A DNA stretch of 63,938 nt, filler included, from Bipalium vagum (Eukaryota): assembly GCA_037834085.1 (NCBI GenBank). It is 4 parts of 4 records of this genome, joined end to end, with 100 filler letters (N's around TTAATTAATTAA, not from the genome) between each part and the next. Parts side by side here need not be neighbours in the genome. Positions count along the whole stretch, not along the records: positions 16,850 to 32,667 come from JBBMKC010144379.1; positions 32,768 to 48,306 come from JBBMKC010160838.1; 2 more parts are not named here. One strand, written 5' to 3'. The position numbers and the translations under genes were made by a program. The notes beneath the pieces are model-generated. The model made no database searches, was not told where the DNA came from, and worked only from the letters and a program-made list of their open reading frames with translations. The first letter of the stretch is position 1; the number at the start of each line of letters is the position of its first letter. Positions 25,078 to 39,700 of this stretch are shown here, in pieces.

Positions 25078-26500
25078 TTTTATTTTTCCAAGGAAACATA
25101 AATTGATATTGTTGTAATAGAATGGAACGGAAATTATTTTTACGGGAAATATAAAAATAAATTCTGAATTTCTTCTGTAAATGTTCGTAGAATTCTGAAA
25201 ATATTCGAAAAAAAATTTCACATTTGTATTGTTTTTGAAATATTCATTAAATAAAGAGTCTGAGTTTTTAATTTGGATTTGATAATTATATTTAACATTG
25301 GAAACAATATTAAACTAATATTTCTAAACTATAGCTTTGAGAATAAATTATAAAACATTCCTTTTATCATTGAAAATATCATTATACATAATATTATCAA
25401 AATGTTATTTCGATAGAATATAAATTTATTTTTCGGATTTCATCTTCATTTTGATTGTAATATTTATGCAATGTTTCAAAATCTATAATTAAAGCACATT
25501 CAATTTAATAGTATTGAAAATATGTAAAGATAATATGAAAGTAGTAATATTTAGTTGGGTTAAGAATATCGATAGTGGACCTTCTAGGAACTTAACATAA
25601 ACTATATGTAAATTCAGAAGGATTTAGTGCGCGTATGTTCAAAGTTAAAATTTGAGTGACTATAAAAAAATATTGATTAAAAACGTTGAACCTTTTAAAC
25701 TTTTAAACAAATATTGATTGCAAAGGTTTTTAACTTTAACAATAAAAATTTAAACGATCAACTGATTTAACAAATTGTTTTATAAAATATATTTGATATA
25801 AATCTAACAACTTCATTTTTTAGTACAGTATTACTTTGGAGTTAAAACCCGACATAAATAGTTAAGAGAAAAGTCAGATCACCCTTCGGTATCTTACTCT
25901 CAAGGGTCCTCAGTTAAAAAATCGGTTCTCCGTCCTACTAGACGTGGAAACAAAACAAGAAAATAATGTGAAGTAAGAAAAAAGATGACAATTATATGAT
26001 TCTAAGGTATTGGAGTAGTTGTCCAATCCTTAGTATTTATTTAATTTAAATAATAATAACGTATAATTCGTAATCGAATTATTGCTTTTTAATTTTTATT
26101 TTTAATTACTATTATTTACTTGATTATCGGTTCACCCACTAGCAGTGTGAAACCCAAAAGTTGTATTATTTTTATCTAATTTAATAGCAATAAAAGTCTA
26201 TTTAGATTTTTAGTCAAATCTAATAAACTTACCACAATAAAATAATTTACTAATTGTTGAATTTTTTTTCTGCTTGAAGCTGGTCACCGAGACTAATTGT
26301 TTAATGATCCGTTATTTGTCCTTTCCTTTTCGAATTCTAGATTATCGCCTGATTACTTCCTTCTGGGTTATTTTCGTCTGAATAGTGTTCGCCGAGTTGC
26401 GAATATTGTTCCAAATCTGTTTCCGTGTAACTGGTTAAAAGAACATAAAAAACAAAATGTTTTTCAGATTACTATGTTGTCATTCATTGTTTTTTCGAGA

Positions 26501-26545
26501 ATTTGAGACTGAATTTGGGACTGAATTTGGGACTGAATTTGGGAC
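26501..26545. repeat. 12-bp tandem repeat (GGGACTGAATTT) x ~3.5
   Basis: atttgagactgaatttgggactgaatttgggactgaatttgggac. Confidence 0.9.
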
Positions 26546-26668
26546 CAGGTCTGGGAGTCTCTACAATAATATTAATACTTAATGATTATTTTGGAAATTT
26601 GGTTACAAAAAATTGAAATGGGAATAAAATTTTCATATCAGTAAACAATAATAATATATTATCAATTA

Positions 26669-27390
26669 CCGTAGATACTCAAATATAAATCGAGGTTTTT
26701 TTCTAAAAAATTTGATGAAAAAAATAGGGTCGACTTATATAAGAGTCATAGCAGTTTTAATCAATGTAATGGCTGTATTTATGCAATGTATCACGTTGTG
26801 TTCATAATTGAATATTGGTTATCATTTATGTTTAGTTTTTTTCCAGTTTTTCTCAGCATCACAGTGCTACACATGATAAATTTATTTCAAATTTCTCACA
26901 TCTTTTTTTATCACGTCGCACACAAATCGCCTATATATAGACCATGTCACCTGTCACAATTTTGAAATTCAGTCATTTTACACCCATAAATGCCAGAACA
27001 GAAACGAAAACGATGTGCGTATGATGCTTCTTTAAACTTAAAGTGATCAAATATGCTTCTATTCAGACCATATGACTAATGAGCAGGCATTGCAACTTCT
27101 TCAATCAGATTCGGATTCCGAATTTTGTGGTTTTGAATAAATTTTACCTATGATGCCATGTTTGTAAATAAAAATATAAATATTATCAAGAATATTTTGC
27201 AATAAACTATCAAAAGATTGACATTTTTTCCTTCTTATTTTATGTTATTTTCCAAATGTACGAAAGAGGAAACTATCCAGACATATATTTTTACCTTGAC
27301 TTATATAAGAGTCATACGATTTTACACAGAATTTTCCATTTTTCCCCATCGACTTATACACGAGGTCGACTTATATTCGAGTATCTACGG
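26669..27390 (+). mobile_element. non-autonomous pogo/Tigger-type element, 722 bp, TA TSD
   Basis: TA|CCGTAGATACTCAAATATAAATCGA ... TCGACTTATATTCGAGTATCTACGG|TA, with subterminal GACTTATATAAGAGTCATA repeats and an internal acidic transposase tail QSDSDSEFCGFE* (~27100-27140). Confidence 0.88.
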
Positions 27391-29516
27391 TATTTAACAA
27401 TCAAATCAACCTAAGATTCAAATGTTACTGGAGTGTTCAATTTGGTATTGCAATTTAGAATTTTCAGTCTCCAATAAAATTATAAACCAAATCTTATTCA
27501 ATTGTTGCATAGATATCTTCATAACAGTAATATTTACAATGTTTATAAAATCTCTTTAATGAAGATATATTTTGAATAATTTACACAATGTGGAGAAAAT
27601 ATTGGAAACAATTATTAATATTATTAATTACATGTTTATCATTATATAAAAAATATAAAAAAATTTCAAAAATCAAATAATTGAAAATATAAATTGAAAA
27701 TAATCCAAAATATCAAAGAAACCTTTAATAATATAACAGACCATTAAAATTAATGACATGAAAAGAAAATATTAATTTCTTATTATAACATTATGGAAAA
27801 AGAGAAAAATATAAAATAATGTAACTTTAATATCATTTTAAAAATAATGTAATTAGATAATTACATTAATTAATTTTGATAAGCACTGGACCAAAATTAT
27901 ACAGAAAATCGACTGCGAAAAGAAATATTCAATAAAAGAATCTAACCTTATTTATTGGGTGATCCAGTACTTTTATTATCTGCAAAACTTTGTAATTCAT
28001 ATTCAAATGTTGATCAACATGCTGTCGATCTTTACTGTCATTAATTAGACTGCACTTGGAAAAATAAAAATACAAAAATTGTAGGACCAAACTATATTCA
28101 TCAGACCTAGTAACGACCGATTACCATTTCTTACAGACATTTTAATCCTCTGTTACAAATAAAAAAAGTTGAATTTTGTGAAAGCGATGAAAACCCCTTT
28201 TACATTTTAACTGACATTATTATCGAATTATCAAAAGTAACAGTTTAGATGACAGAACTGGGTTGAAGTTTTACAGCCTGACAAAAATTGCATTAAATGA
28301 CATAATAAACCAAATTTTGGATCATAATTTGTTTATTTATTTTCAATTGTAAAGGTTTTTGATGATGTTTGAACATGGAAATACCAAGATTAGAGATACT
28401 TTCATTTTATTACCACTAGAAGATTTTATATTTAATAAATATAATATTCGAACCGGATTACTAATTCGAATTCAGAGGTCTTATTGTTATCATTATGTCT
28501 CGACAATTGTAAAAATTTCCAAAATTCTATATGGGGAAAGAGGGAATATATGTAAATTAAGAGGAATCTTTATATAATCTTGCAACATGCAATAGGGAAA
28601 TAATTAGGCGACTGTTTCCCTTAGTTATCAGTCAGAAAATGAACCGGTCTTTGATTTTTTTGGAGAAATTTGAGTTTTTGACAATGTTTAAAAATTATTG
28701 TAATTTATAAAAAAAAGCGCAAAGATCAGAGCTTATATCTTATATTATATTTCTAGTTTACAATAGTTTTTATTAATTTTTAATAACTAATAACAAGGTC
28801 TAAAGGATTTTTATAAACACATTTTAAGATAAAATACAAAGTATGTTTCACTGGAAGAGTGACTAGTTTGAAATAAGCTTCAAGACCTTAGCTATATGGC
28901 TTTTTAATATCCTTGGTGGTTTAGTGATTTTGTTCCATTACAGAATATTTAGATCTTTTGGAGAATCACATGGTGAATGAGAAAAACAGAAACACTTTAC
29001 CTAGATTTACTCTGAATTTGTATGAAAATTTTGTATGAAACTTTTATATAAAACTATTATTCATGATGAGCTCGCTGAATTCCCTTTGAAAAAAATTACG
29101 ACAGATATTTTTGTACATTTTCTTCAATTATTTTTGAGTAGACCGTAAGCCATGAAGATCTCTTGTTTCTAGAAATCTAAGGTACCACCTAAATATATAT
29201 TTATGATTAAGGACAATTAATAGTTTTTATAATTTGCACTATTTTATTGTAAATTTTACCCAACTTAAAATACATTTGATATTTGTTCGTTGTTCCATTG
29301 GATCTTTGTAACAATTAAAAATAATTGCTTCTGTAACCATAACTTTTCATTAAGTTTCATAATAATGATAACCAGAAGTTCGAACACATAATGAAATTAA
29401 GGATGTAAAAATATCACAAATTTTATATTGATTAATAAAATTCTACAATTGATTTCGCTAAAAAATATAAAAATTAACTTGCTTTAAAATTTCTTAAATA
29501 TTTTTTCTTAAATTTA

Positions 29517-30162
29517 AACTCAACCCCCTTTATAAGGGAGATATCAGTTAATTGGAAAAAAAACCCTTATAACGGGGTTCCCTTATACCATAGATGCTAG
29601 ATTATGAAAGACTGGAATGAGTACTGACTCGGTATTATTCAAACCAACACAAAAACCAATTCACAAAATAAAACATCTAAGTTTAAAAGTTAAATTATAA
29701 AGCCAAAACATTATCCTTAAAAATTTTATTTAAAGAAATCCAGTGTAGTACGAGGAGTTTGCTTGACCTCTTGGTTTAGAATTAAGATAATACCGTCTTC
29801 TAAATCTGCAAAAAGATCAAGTCTTCATCAAAATTTTTTTCAGGTAAACAAATAAATCGTTTGATAACTTGATATTCTGCTTTCATTTGAACTTTTGTAA
29901 TCTTTACAACAGTATTTAAACAACTGTTTATTATTTTTATTTTAAGTTTAATGAATATTTGCTTGATAAAACCAAATTATTTTCATAAAACCCAATAAAT
30001 TTAGAATTATTAATCTAAACAATTAAAAAGTACATTTTGACTACTAAAGTAACACCTTTATTACGGGGATTCTTAAAATTCATATAATATTATCAACGGC
30101 CAAAAATAGTTATTAAAGAAAATTCTCTTATAACGATATTACCTTTATAAAGGGGTTGACTG
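29517..30162 (-). mobile_element. non-autonomous pogo/Tigger-type element
   Basis: TCAACCCCCTTTATAAGGGAGATATC ... GATATTACCTTTATAAAGGGGTTGACTG|TA (left end eroded). Minus-strand tail KQTPRTTLDFFK* (~29728-29765). Confidence 0.75.
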
Positions 30163-32269
30163 TATTTATAAAAAATATTGTTCTCAGCTAATAATTTTGC
30201 GGTCATATTTGTATTGTAAAATTGTATAATAAATTAAAAGAATTTAGTTCTGCAAATTATGCTTTTTATTAATTAGACATTTAATATTATAAAGAAATAT
30301 TCAAGGAGGAAGATAATTCATGATTTTCTCAATGAATATTGACTTTCAACTTCGTTTGGATTTTATTAATTAATCAATATTCGTGCGTGTTCGTCAATAG
30401 AAAATTGTTGGGATTCTCCACATTTCAAATTAAATATTAAAATATTAATATTTAATACGCTTCAATAAATTGAATAATGTGAGGGTTTAACACAACAAAT
30501 ATTATGATAAATTAGCATCATCAATATAAAAAAGTGAAAATAAATTTTTTAAATGAATCAAAAAATACGATTTATATATGATAAATTTCCTTCTTCAAAT
30601 AAAATTTATGGTAAATATTAAGATATATATATTTATTATTTTTTATAATTGATTTAAGATATAATTATTTTTTTTGTTCAATTCAAACAAATATTTTGGC
30701 ATTCACTGAAAATAATTGCATTTAAGTTCCATATTTCAGTCGTAAGCATCATTAAAAATAATATTTAAAAATAATTTTATGTAATTAATTTAATAAGTTG
30801 AAATAATTGAAAACATTATTTCAAATGACAGTATAAATTATTTTTATTTTTCCCACTTTAAATAAAAGTTTAAATAAAACCAAACTCGTTTTTTTTCAGA
30901 GCTGTATATTAATTAATTAATAATAATTAATTAAAATGCCTCATTTTACACAAAAAAAAATTTTGAAAATAAAATAAATTTTTAAAAAATAATTATCACG
31001 GAATTTCTAAAAAATTTACAACAGTAATCAACCGCATCCTAGTAGAAATTCTTTCCAGCATGCTCCATTCATAATAAATATACAAGGATTGATTTTATTC
31101 TGATTTCGAAATGGCAAATACCACACAAAGGATATTGACCGTGGAAGGTCAGAAAATTAACTTGAATGTTGAGAATCAGAATTTTTAGGTTTTTACTGAT
31201 GTTTCCAGTCCATGTTATCCACCAAATTATTTCGCGAATTTGGAATTTCAAATGTTCTTCTCTACTGGGAATTCATTCTTTGCCTAAAAGATGAAACGAC
31301 AGGTTGTAAATAAAAATTTTATAAATGTCTTCGGTTTTACTGAAAAAAGGCCCTTGCTATATTTGTACACGTAATACATAAATCACAGAAATGAATTAAA
31401 CAAAAAAATGGAAAATATACATGTCATTGAACGAATTATCTAACGTATCTTTGGTCGTACCAAGTATATTTGGGAGTGTGTTACACATATAAAAAATTTT
31501 TAAATGGAAAGTATTTAATATTAAAAATTAATAAAATTAATCTGGTCTCGTTTACTTTCATTTTTCTGTCCATAAAAATTCCAGACCTTTCTTTAAATAA
31601 AATAAATTTTGAAAATAATATAAGATTGGGGATTAAAAATTTGAAGAAATTGATAAAATTTGCAATATTAAGAATTTATGACACTGAATTATTAAATGAA
31701 AATTCTTGGGATCAAATCTTTTCTGTATGATAATTAGAAAGAAATTAAATGTCAATTGGAGGGATTATTAATTATTAACAAACGAAGTAAAAAAGTCTAA
31801 AGAAAAGAAAAAATTATTCTGCACAAACTTAGTTTAAAAATTAAATTATAAAAAAAATTCACAAAATATTTAATAATAATATTAAATAAATTATTTTTTT
31901 TATTCGTTTAATATTATTACCATTTCAATATTTTGTTCAATATTTAGTGTATCAACTTTAAACCTGATTCCAAGTCTTAGGTTGTGCGAAAAAACAACAA
32001 TCAGTAAAGCAATAACTTGTATTTAGATCACAAAACATACTGACAAAAATTACACAAAATTGTCAAACTCAACAAATAGGAATCACAATAATACCTAAAA
32101 TGTATTGGGTAATCAATCAAAACAAAATGTTCAATAATAGTCAATTAATTAAAATAAAATAAATACTTAAAGTTAATGAGAACAATAAATAAAATCAATA
32201 ATCAATAATAATTAACGAATAATAATATTAAAGAATATTAAAAACTTTCACTTGAGTGAAAGTGTTTTT

Positions 32270-32500
32270 TATAAACAAAATTGTCGAATTTGGGCAACAA
32301 ATCATCATCATATGGTGATATCTAAAAGATAAAGTTTATGTTAATCAACTAAAACCTATTACACAACTCAAAGACTACATTTCGGAACAAATCGCTTTGA
32401 TCTCAATTGACTTATGCTTAAAGTTTTGCAAAATTCCATAAAAAAAATTGCCCAAACTTTTAAGGCTGCCAGAGGCGGTCATTTTAATGAAATCATTAGA
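32270..32500 (+). mobile_element. Tc1/mariner-superfamily transposase C-terminal remnant
   Basis: W*YLKDKVYVNQLKPITQLKDYISEQIA...KAARGGHFNEII resembles WGYLKxKVY...PxTxxELKxxI...GGHFE. Confidence 0.65.
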
Positions 32501-32599
32501 TAAAAGATAAAAGAAATAAAACGATCTTATGGAGTTCTTTTAATGCCTTTTTATGGTTAATTAACTTTTTAATTATTATTTTCATGATCATTATTTTTT

Positions 32600-32601
<2 letters not shown>

Positions 32602-32667
<66 letters not shown>

Positions 32668-32767
32668 NNNNNNNNNNNNNNNNNNNNNNNNNNNNNNNNN
32701 NNNNNNNNNNNTTAATTAATTAANNNNNNNNNNNNNNNNNNNNNNNNNNNNNNNNNNNNNNNNNNNN

Positions 32768-32837
<70 letters not shown>
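32602..32837. repeat. (ATT)n microsatellite interrupted by an artificial spacer (32668-32767)
   Basis: Pure ATT runs on both sides of the gap; this explains the poly-Ile ORF. Confidence 0.97.
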
Positions 32838-32838
<1 letters not shown>

Positions 32839-32840
32839 CA

Positions 32841-33232
32841 TCACTTCTGCGTGACGACAGATAAAAACCAGGGATGATGGTGAATCAGTTGTAGTAACAT
32901 CGTGGCAGAAGCAGTAGTAGTGGAAGTAGTAGAAGTAGGACCGATTCTGGTGGACGAGTGAGACGTGCTGTGGCATCGAATAAATATCAATGCCAATGAG
33001 TCACAGTGGGCTGGTGAATAATCGGTGGCAGTTTTGGTTAGCCAGTTATGCAGACCCAGGGGGACTGCGACGGAATGAGAGCGACGACCAGGGGACATCA
33101 GCGAACAAATGAAAATTTGGTGAGAAAATTCCATCAATCGATTGAAGGAACATGTCGGAAAATTGTCTACACAATAAAATCAATAACAAAACCCTAAACG
33201 AACCACTGACAATCGCCGGCATTTGCTAGATG
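32841..33232 (-). CDS. candidate terminal exons of the CK1 gamma gene (33232-33211 and 33166-32841)
   Basis: GC-richer island with TTTTAAG|, |GTCAGT and GTGTAG| sites. Phases join HLANAGD|YNFPTCSFNRLMEFSHQ... into the Ser/Thr-rich ORF ending at 32841. Confidence 0.45.
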
Positions 33233-36200
33233 CTTAAAACAATCGCGTACATCATTTTTATTTATTATTAATTACGAAAGTTTATTATTATTATTATTAT
33301 TATTGATTATTATAATTATGACACGGAGCAGTCATCATCGTTCTACAGAGATATAATTAATGTTTGTCAAATGGACTTTTAATTTATCAACTCTAAAGAA
33401 GTACGACTGTCAAATTCAAGTTTTTTTCATCACCATTAATTATTTTGTCAATTAAAAAAGACAATTGTATTTTTTATTTAACATGACGGAAAAATTATCT
33501 TTTTTCGGTCTCAAATGGGAACAATTTCTTAAATCAATTTTATTTTAAACCATACACATGTGTATCGACAATTCTAATGCTTGTGCTCTAAGAAGAGAGA
33601 AGCAGGATGACTTAAATAATAATAAAGATTATTTTATAGTATTTTTTTTCTTACAAATAAAATATAATAAATATTTTTTAATATATTGATTTCGTTTGAT
33701 GTGAAATTTGAAAGCTTTAAATCAAATTTTACTAAAAAATTTTTATCAATAATATTTTAACGATTAATATCATGAAAATATGTAATTATAATATATAAAA
33801 AATATTTATAAAAATAGAACAAAATGAAAATCAATAGTTATAAAATTTTTTTATATATAAAATATAAATATACATCGAGGTAATTATATTTCCATTATTT
33901 TGGCAGGGATTATTTAAGGAAAAGGGTAATTGGCATTATTATTGTAAGGAAAATATGAGCGCGATTGAATTAGCTGACTTCGACTTAAGAAAATAAGAAT
34001 TAGCCATAACTTAATTATTTAGTTCGCTTGTGCACAATTATAATCAATTTTTCAGACTGATAACATCAATTATTTACCAAAAGAGATAGTAAAAAAATTG
34101 ACAGTGTAGTCAATTTTTTTGGCGTGAAATTGAAAGATCTGGGGAGCTGAGTTTTTTCTTTAATAGTTCATATCAAAATATTGTGTTCGTGAGAAAAAAA
34201 TAATAAAATCGGGGATATGTTTCCTTTAATTATTGTCATCACTTTTGTAAAAATTTTCATGTCAGACCGGATAATTGTTTTTTGATAAAGAAATTTTAAA
34301 AATTCTCTTTTGTACACTTTCTTTGTACTTAAGCCCTTTATTCACAGAAAACCAGAAAATCAATCATTAGTGGAGATTTATTAATTAAATTGGAATATAT
34401 TGGTTTTCTCACTAAATAAAATCCAGGATCAGTTATTCTCGCATGACAAGAAATTTTTATTTCTTATTTCAAGTTGAGCATTTCTACAAGTTTCGTCAAT
34501 CTTAATCTATAAAATATTAAGAATTATTGAATTAATGTGCCCTAAATAGTTCATTTTATTAGATCCTTTCTAGTTTTATCCTTTAAATCAATAAATCATT
34601 ATAAAGTTCATCCATTATTGATTATTGTTATAAATGTAATGCTCTAATGATATTTATGCTTATTATAGTACCTGGATGACACACTCATTCCATAAAATAT
34701 TTATTTACGTTATAATAATAATTATTATTGTTAATAATATAAATAATATTACCAAGATAAAAGAAAGAAACACGGGGGAGCTTTTAATCGAGATAAAAAG
34801 CCATTAAAATTTAATTTAAGAGTAAACAATATTTAATTCTAACAAACTAAAGTACATTGGTGATTTTAACTTGAAAATATTAATAAAAATTAATTAAACA
34901 TTTCATTGGCTAATTTAAATTTTAAATGAATTATTAAAAAGACAATTAATAATGAGACTGATTAAAATCTTCACAATTTTAGTAAGAAATTGAGAAAATG
35001 TGTTCAAGAAAAATCGAGCAATTAAACAAAACATGCTTGAAATATAAATTAATTAAATTAAATACTCTAATGAAATTTATTATTATCATTATATAATTAT
35101 TTTTATATAACTATAATATTATCTATAATAAAAAATATAAATAAAGAACTATTTTAGTGGAAAGAAAATCGTTTATTTATTACATATTTTGTCGATAGCA
35201 TGGCATGGGCATGTACCGATCTAAATGTATACACCCGTGTAATTTGTTGAAAGGAAATCAAGGCAATTATGTTAACTATTGTTATAAGGATCTCTTGGAA
35301 TTATTGTCACTCAGTTATTATTTGGTTAAGATAAAGTCAATTGAGATTATGTAATAAAGTCAATTTTATTTTTAAATATAACGGTATATTATGATTCCTA
35401 ATCCGGTCCACTGTTCAACACACAAATTTATGTTTTAATTGAGATTTGATGTTGACTCTGAGCATTGTTATTAGCAAAGTATATTTCCTTTGGATGTTAT
35501 TTCTTAGCAATCTCTCTTTACTGAATATTGTTTTAGAGTCATTAGCGAAACAATGGTGATAATTATTTATAGAAATATAATTCTCACATCATTTCTATGT
35601 AATGATTGCAAAAAAGTGAGAAACCGAAACAGTGTTGAATAATTATTTATTTCTTATTTTCGTTATAATTTATTTTTTCATTGGGTATTTTTTAAAGATT
35701 TTCCAAAAAAAATTCACGATAATTAATTTAATTCAATTTTTTTCCTTTATTCATCCATTAATTCCGATACCCTTTGATCAATAATTACAACGTCATTTTA
35801 GAAAAAAATAGTTTGATGTTCAGTCATCATTAATTGAGCCTTTAATTCCAAAGTTTACATTTTCAACTACAATAATTGCAATTAGTTTTTTTGTTTTAAT
35901 CTTTGATTATTATTTTGCTGAGTACAATGTTTCAATCAATAACCATTGGAATAATGAGTTTTATCCAATTAATATATTAACCAGTTAATTTTTTAGGGTT
36001 CCAATTTCCTAGTTATATCTAAGTGCACACGGTATTTTGATATAACTGAGCCAATTTATTCAAATAAATAAGAAATTCTCAAAATATTTATTATATAAAC
36101 TATTGATTATCAATAACAATAATAATAAATTTAGGACAAATAAATATAAAATTAATAATATTTTGCAACTGAACATTGAGAACGAAAAACCTACTGAAAA

Positions 36201-36746
36201 ATTCACACAATTAAAATAATATTGCATCTGGATGAAAAGTAGGAGGTATAACAACACAAAATCACGTTTGTTTTCGCAGAATTGAAACGATTGACAACAA
36301 ATCGATCTTAAATATTTTATAACACTGACAAAACAAGATATGATCTTTTCCAAACAAAATCAATATAATATTATATCGAGTTGATAAATTTCAAAATTAT
36401 TGTGAAATAAAACTTTGAAAAAGTTTCAGATAAATGTTAAGAGCTTCTTTTTTACAAAAAAATTATAAAATATTTTTTCAATAATAAAAATAAATAGATA
36501 ATTGATAATATTTTTTAAAGAATTTATTTAAGAATTATTATGGGAAAAGATAATGATGAAAGAGTAAAAGCAAGGTAATATGGGAATTTTTCAAAAACAA
36601 CATTGCACAAAACTGAAGATAAGATTTTATTGGTTGATAATTTGAAAAAATGATAGAATGTGAGAATTTGAAAATCAATAGAATAAAAAATGAAATCATT
36701 TAAAATTAATATTAATTTACAAAGAAAAATCAATATTACGACGTAC

Positions 36747-39700
36747 ATGTACAAGAGACTGGTTCCGAGCGTTCTGAGAACTTCGCCTAGTTTGATTAGT
36801 GGTGTCTGTAAAGGCTGTTATCTTTGTATCTTGGGACAAAGTGGCTGACGACTAAAACATGTTCAAATTAAAAAAAATGATTTTTATTATATTTTAAGGA
36901 TAGAATACTATTACTACTTAAAAGAATCTTAATAAAATTATTATTATTATTTAACAATAAAAATACTTAATATAATAATTATTATTAGAGTAAACAAAAA
37001 TTGATAACTGAATAATTTTAAAAATTAAATACTTTAACATTAAAAATAATAGAATTTTGTTATAATAATAATTAGTACTATTGTATATTTCAAACAGAAA
37101 ATATTAAAATGGTCAATTAGGGAAGATCATTAATAGAGAATGGTCACTTACAAGTAAATAAAACGAGAGTCGTATATAATTAAAGAATACACCAATTTAT
37201 GAAAATCATCAGATACAATTAAGGAAATGATTTCTAAAGTTTATTGGAAAGAATATCATTTCAAATGTAAATAAAAAAGAGAATATTAAAAAAAAATTAA
37301 TAAGAAAAAAACATGTGATACATTTAATTCAGAAAATTCGAAATTGTAAAAATAAATAAATAGAGAAGGAAAATTTTTTACTATATTTTTCAGTTATTGC
37401 TGATCAGATGAGAACACAGATAATAATAAAAATACCTTGAAATTAGATTAGAAATCAATGATTTCGGCTATCAAAGATATTAGGAAATAATTGAAAATCT
37501 ATTTAAAATAGTCAACTATTTTCAAATAAAAAATCAGAATTTATTGATTTTGTGAAATTTTCGAGAAAATGTTGTCAGCCAATCAAATCATTTTTAATAT
37601 TCATCTTTCAGCGCATTTTAGACTTGAAATCGTTTCTAAAATGATCGCAGATAGTTTTTCATGGAAAACTGACTGAATAGATCAAAAATAGGTAGAAAAA
37701 ACAAAATAGTTCAAATCAATGAATAATGTACGAATGGATGAGAAAGAATTGCAAATAATAATTTATTATGATAGTGTGTAAAAATATTAAAAATAAAATG
37801 ACAAGAAATCAATATTGCACTTTATTACCGGGGTCATAAATCCATGATTTAAAATATTAATTACATTTTTTAATGTTGACATTTCGTCATGTACTTGTCG
37901 TTTGTTATCAGTATTTATTTATAGAAAATGCATTACGATCAAATAAAATCATCATTTAAAAATCGATAAATTGATTACATTGTACATTTTTATATCGAAT
38001 TTACAAATCTCTAAAACATCTCATTAATATTGTTAATAATTTATTGTTACTGATTTTATTATTGATTGTTATTACTATTATCAATTATTATTAGTAGTAT
38101 TATCAATTATTATTATTACATTTTATTTATTATCATTATTATGTTTATTATCTTGATAACAAAAGTCTGAATGTCAATCGAAGTCGGCTCAAAATGAAAT
38201 GGCCGCCCAGAAAGATTCTTTGGCATTTTTCTTATTCTTCACTCTTGCAAAAACAAACACAAGACCAATGAAACTAGACAGGTTCATTGCACAGATGAGA
38301 CAATTCATAAAGCGAAATGGATATTTGAATTTCAAGACTTTTATGTCGAAAACATATGATTTATAAAAATTATCGAATTATTCCAATAACAATTTCTAAG
38401 AAATTACCGAGGTTTTCTGTGCTTTGGTTATCCAATCAAACTGCCAATCGCATTCCCAATTGCTCCGGGATAAGATTTTATTGAATAACTCTTTCAAATA
38501 GGAATAATCCGGTTCTTCGTAGAAATCGAGTTTTCTGACGTATCGTAAATACGAAATCATCTCAGCTGAAATTTTTGTGTAAAAAATGTTAATGATGGTG
38601 GTGGTGCAATTTTTATTGATTTTTATAAACATATTTTACAAAATTATTAAACATAATTAACTCCTCATAACATCGTAAAATAAGAAAAAATATTTAAATA
38701 AATTATATAACAATCATAATATAAAGCACATTTTCAAAAAAGAGCAGAAATTGATATATTTCTTTATGATGATGGTGACACTAAATGTTCAGCTAAAATA
38801 AACATTAGTTGTTGTTGTGGTGGTGGTGATGGGTGTAGGTAGTTGTAAACAACGTACCCGACCAACCATGACATTTATTGATGATTGAATTGAAAATAGA
38901 TTTTTGTTTTTAATACCGGCTGAATAATCAATTAATGAGGCCTCTCCCTCCGCAGTGATAATAAACAATTAATAAAACGTTGAATGCTCTCAAGTGGGTT
39001 GAAGGACTTTCGAGTATCAAAATTCCGAGAAAATAATAATTGAAAAGTATTTTTGAAGAACGAGAACAAGAATTTGAAATATTTTAAAGTCGATAAAATT
39101 AATTCAGAGAAAAAATAAAATAGCAGAAATCATTAAGTCATATTTAGAAAGAGATGATCTAGAGGATTTCAAAAATGACAATTGGAAATGACTCAAAACA
39201 AACAATTTAAAAAACAATTTCACACTTGAAGATATCTAACTTATGCCATTAAAATTGGGAAAACTTATAATATACAGACTCAGATAATCGGAAATCGAGT
39301 TTAGTCCGATCATAACTGGAAAAGACCAATTTAACCTTCGGCAGGCGATTTTACCCGAAAATATAATCTATCAGTAGTCAGATTTGGTTAAAATGACCTA
39401 TTCTCGTTGTGGAAAAATGATCAAGGAAACTAACGATTCTTAGAAATTTTTCCAAAAATTTTTGATTAGTTTAAATAATGATTTTTCTAAAATCATGCTA
39501 ATTTCAAGAGATATCGGTTCAATTACTATTATTTTTAAAAATGTGGTGCAATAAAATCGATTTTTATTTGACTTGTATAGAAATAATGATTTCCAAATCT
39601 AACGTTTTATTATCATAAATTCAATTCTTTATTAATTAATTTTTCGATTATTTAAAGAAAATCAATAAATAATTTATTTAATATTCATCGCCAGAAAGAT

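Noticed and set aside
26501-26545. Short direct repeats as a CRISPR-like array
   Set aside because: Contiguous 12-mers without spacers, in a eukaryotic genome.
28000-28140. CTGATGA on the minus strand as a hammerhead ribozyme core (also ~47130)
   Set aside because: No stem II plus GAAA in the required arrangement.
32716-32976. Poly-isoleucine ORF
   Set aside because: It is the translation of the (ATT)n microsatellite and the gap.
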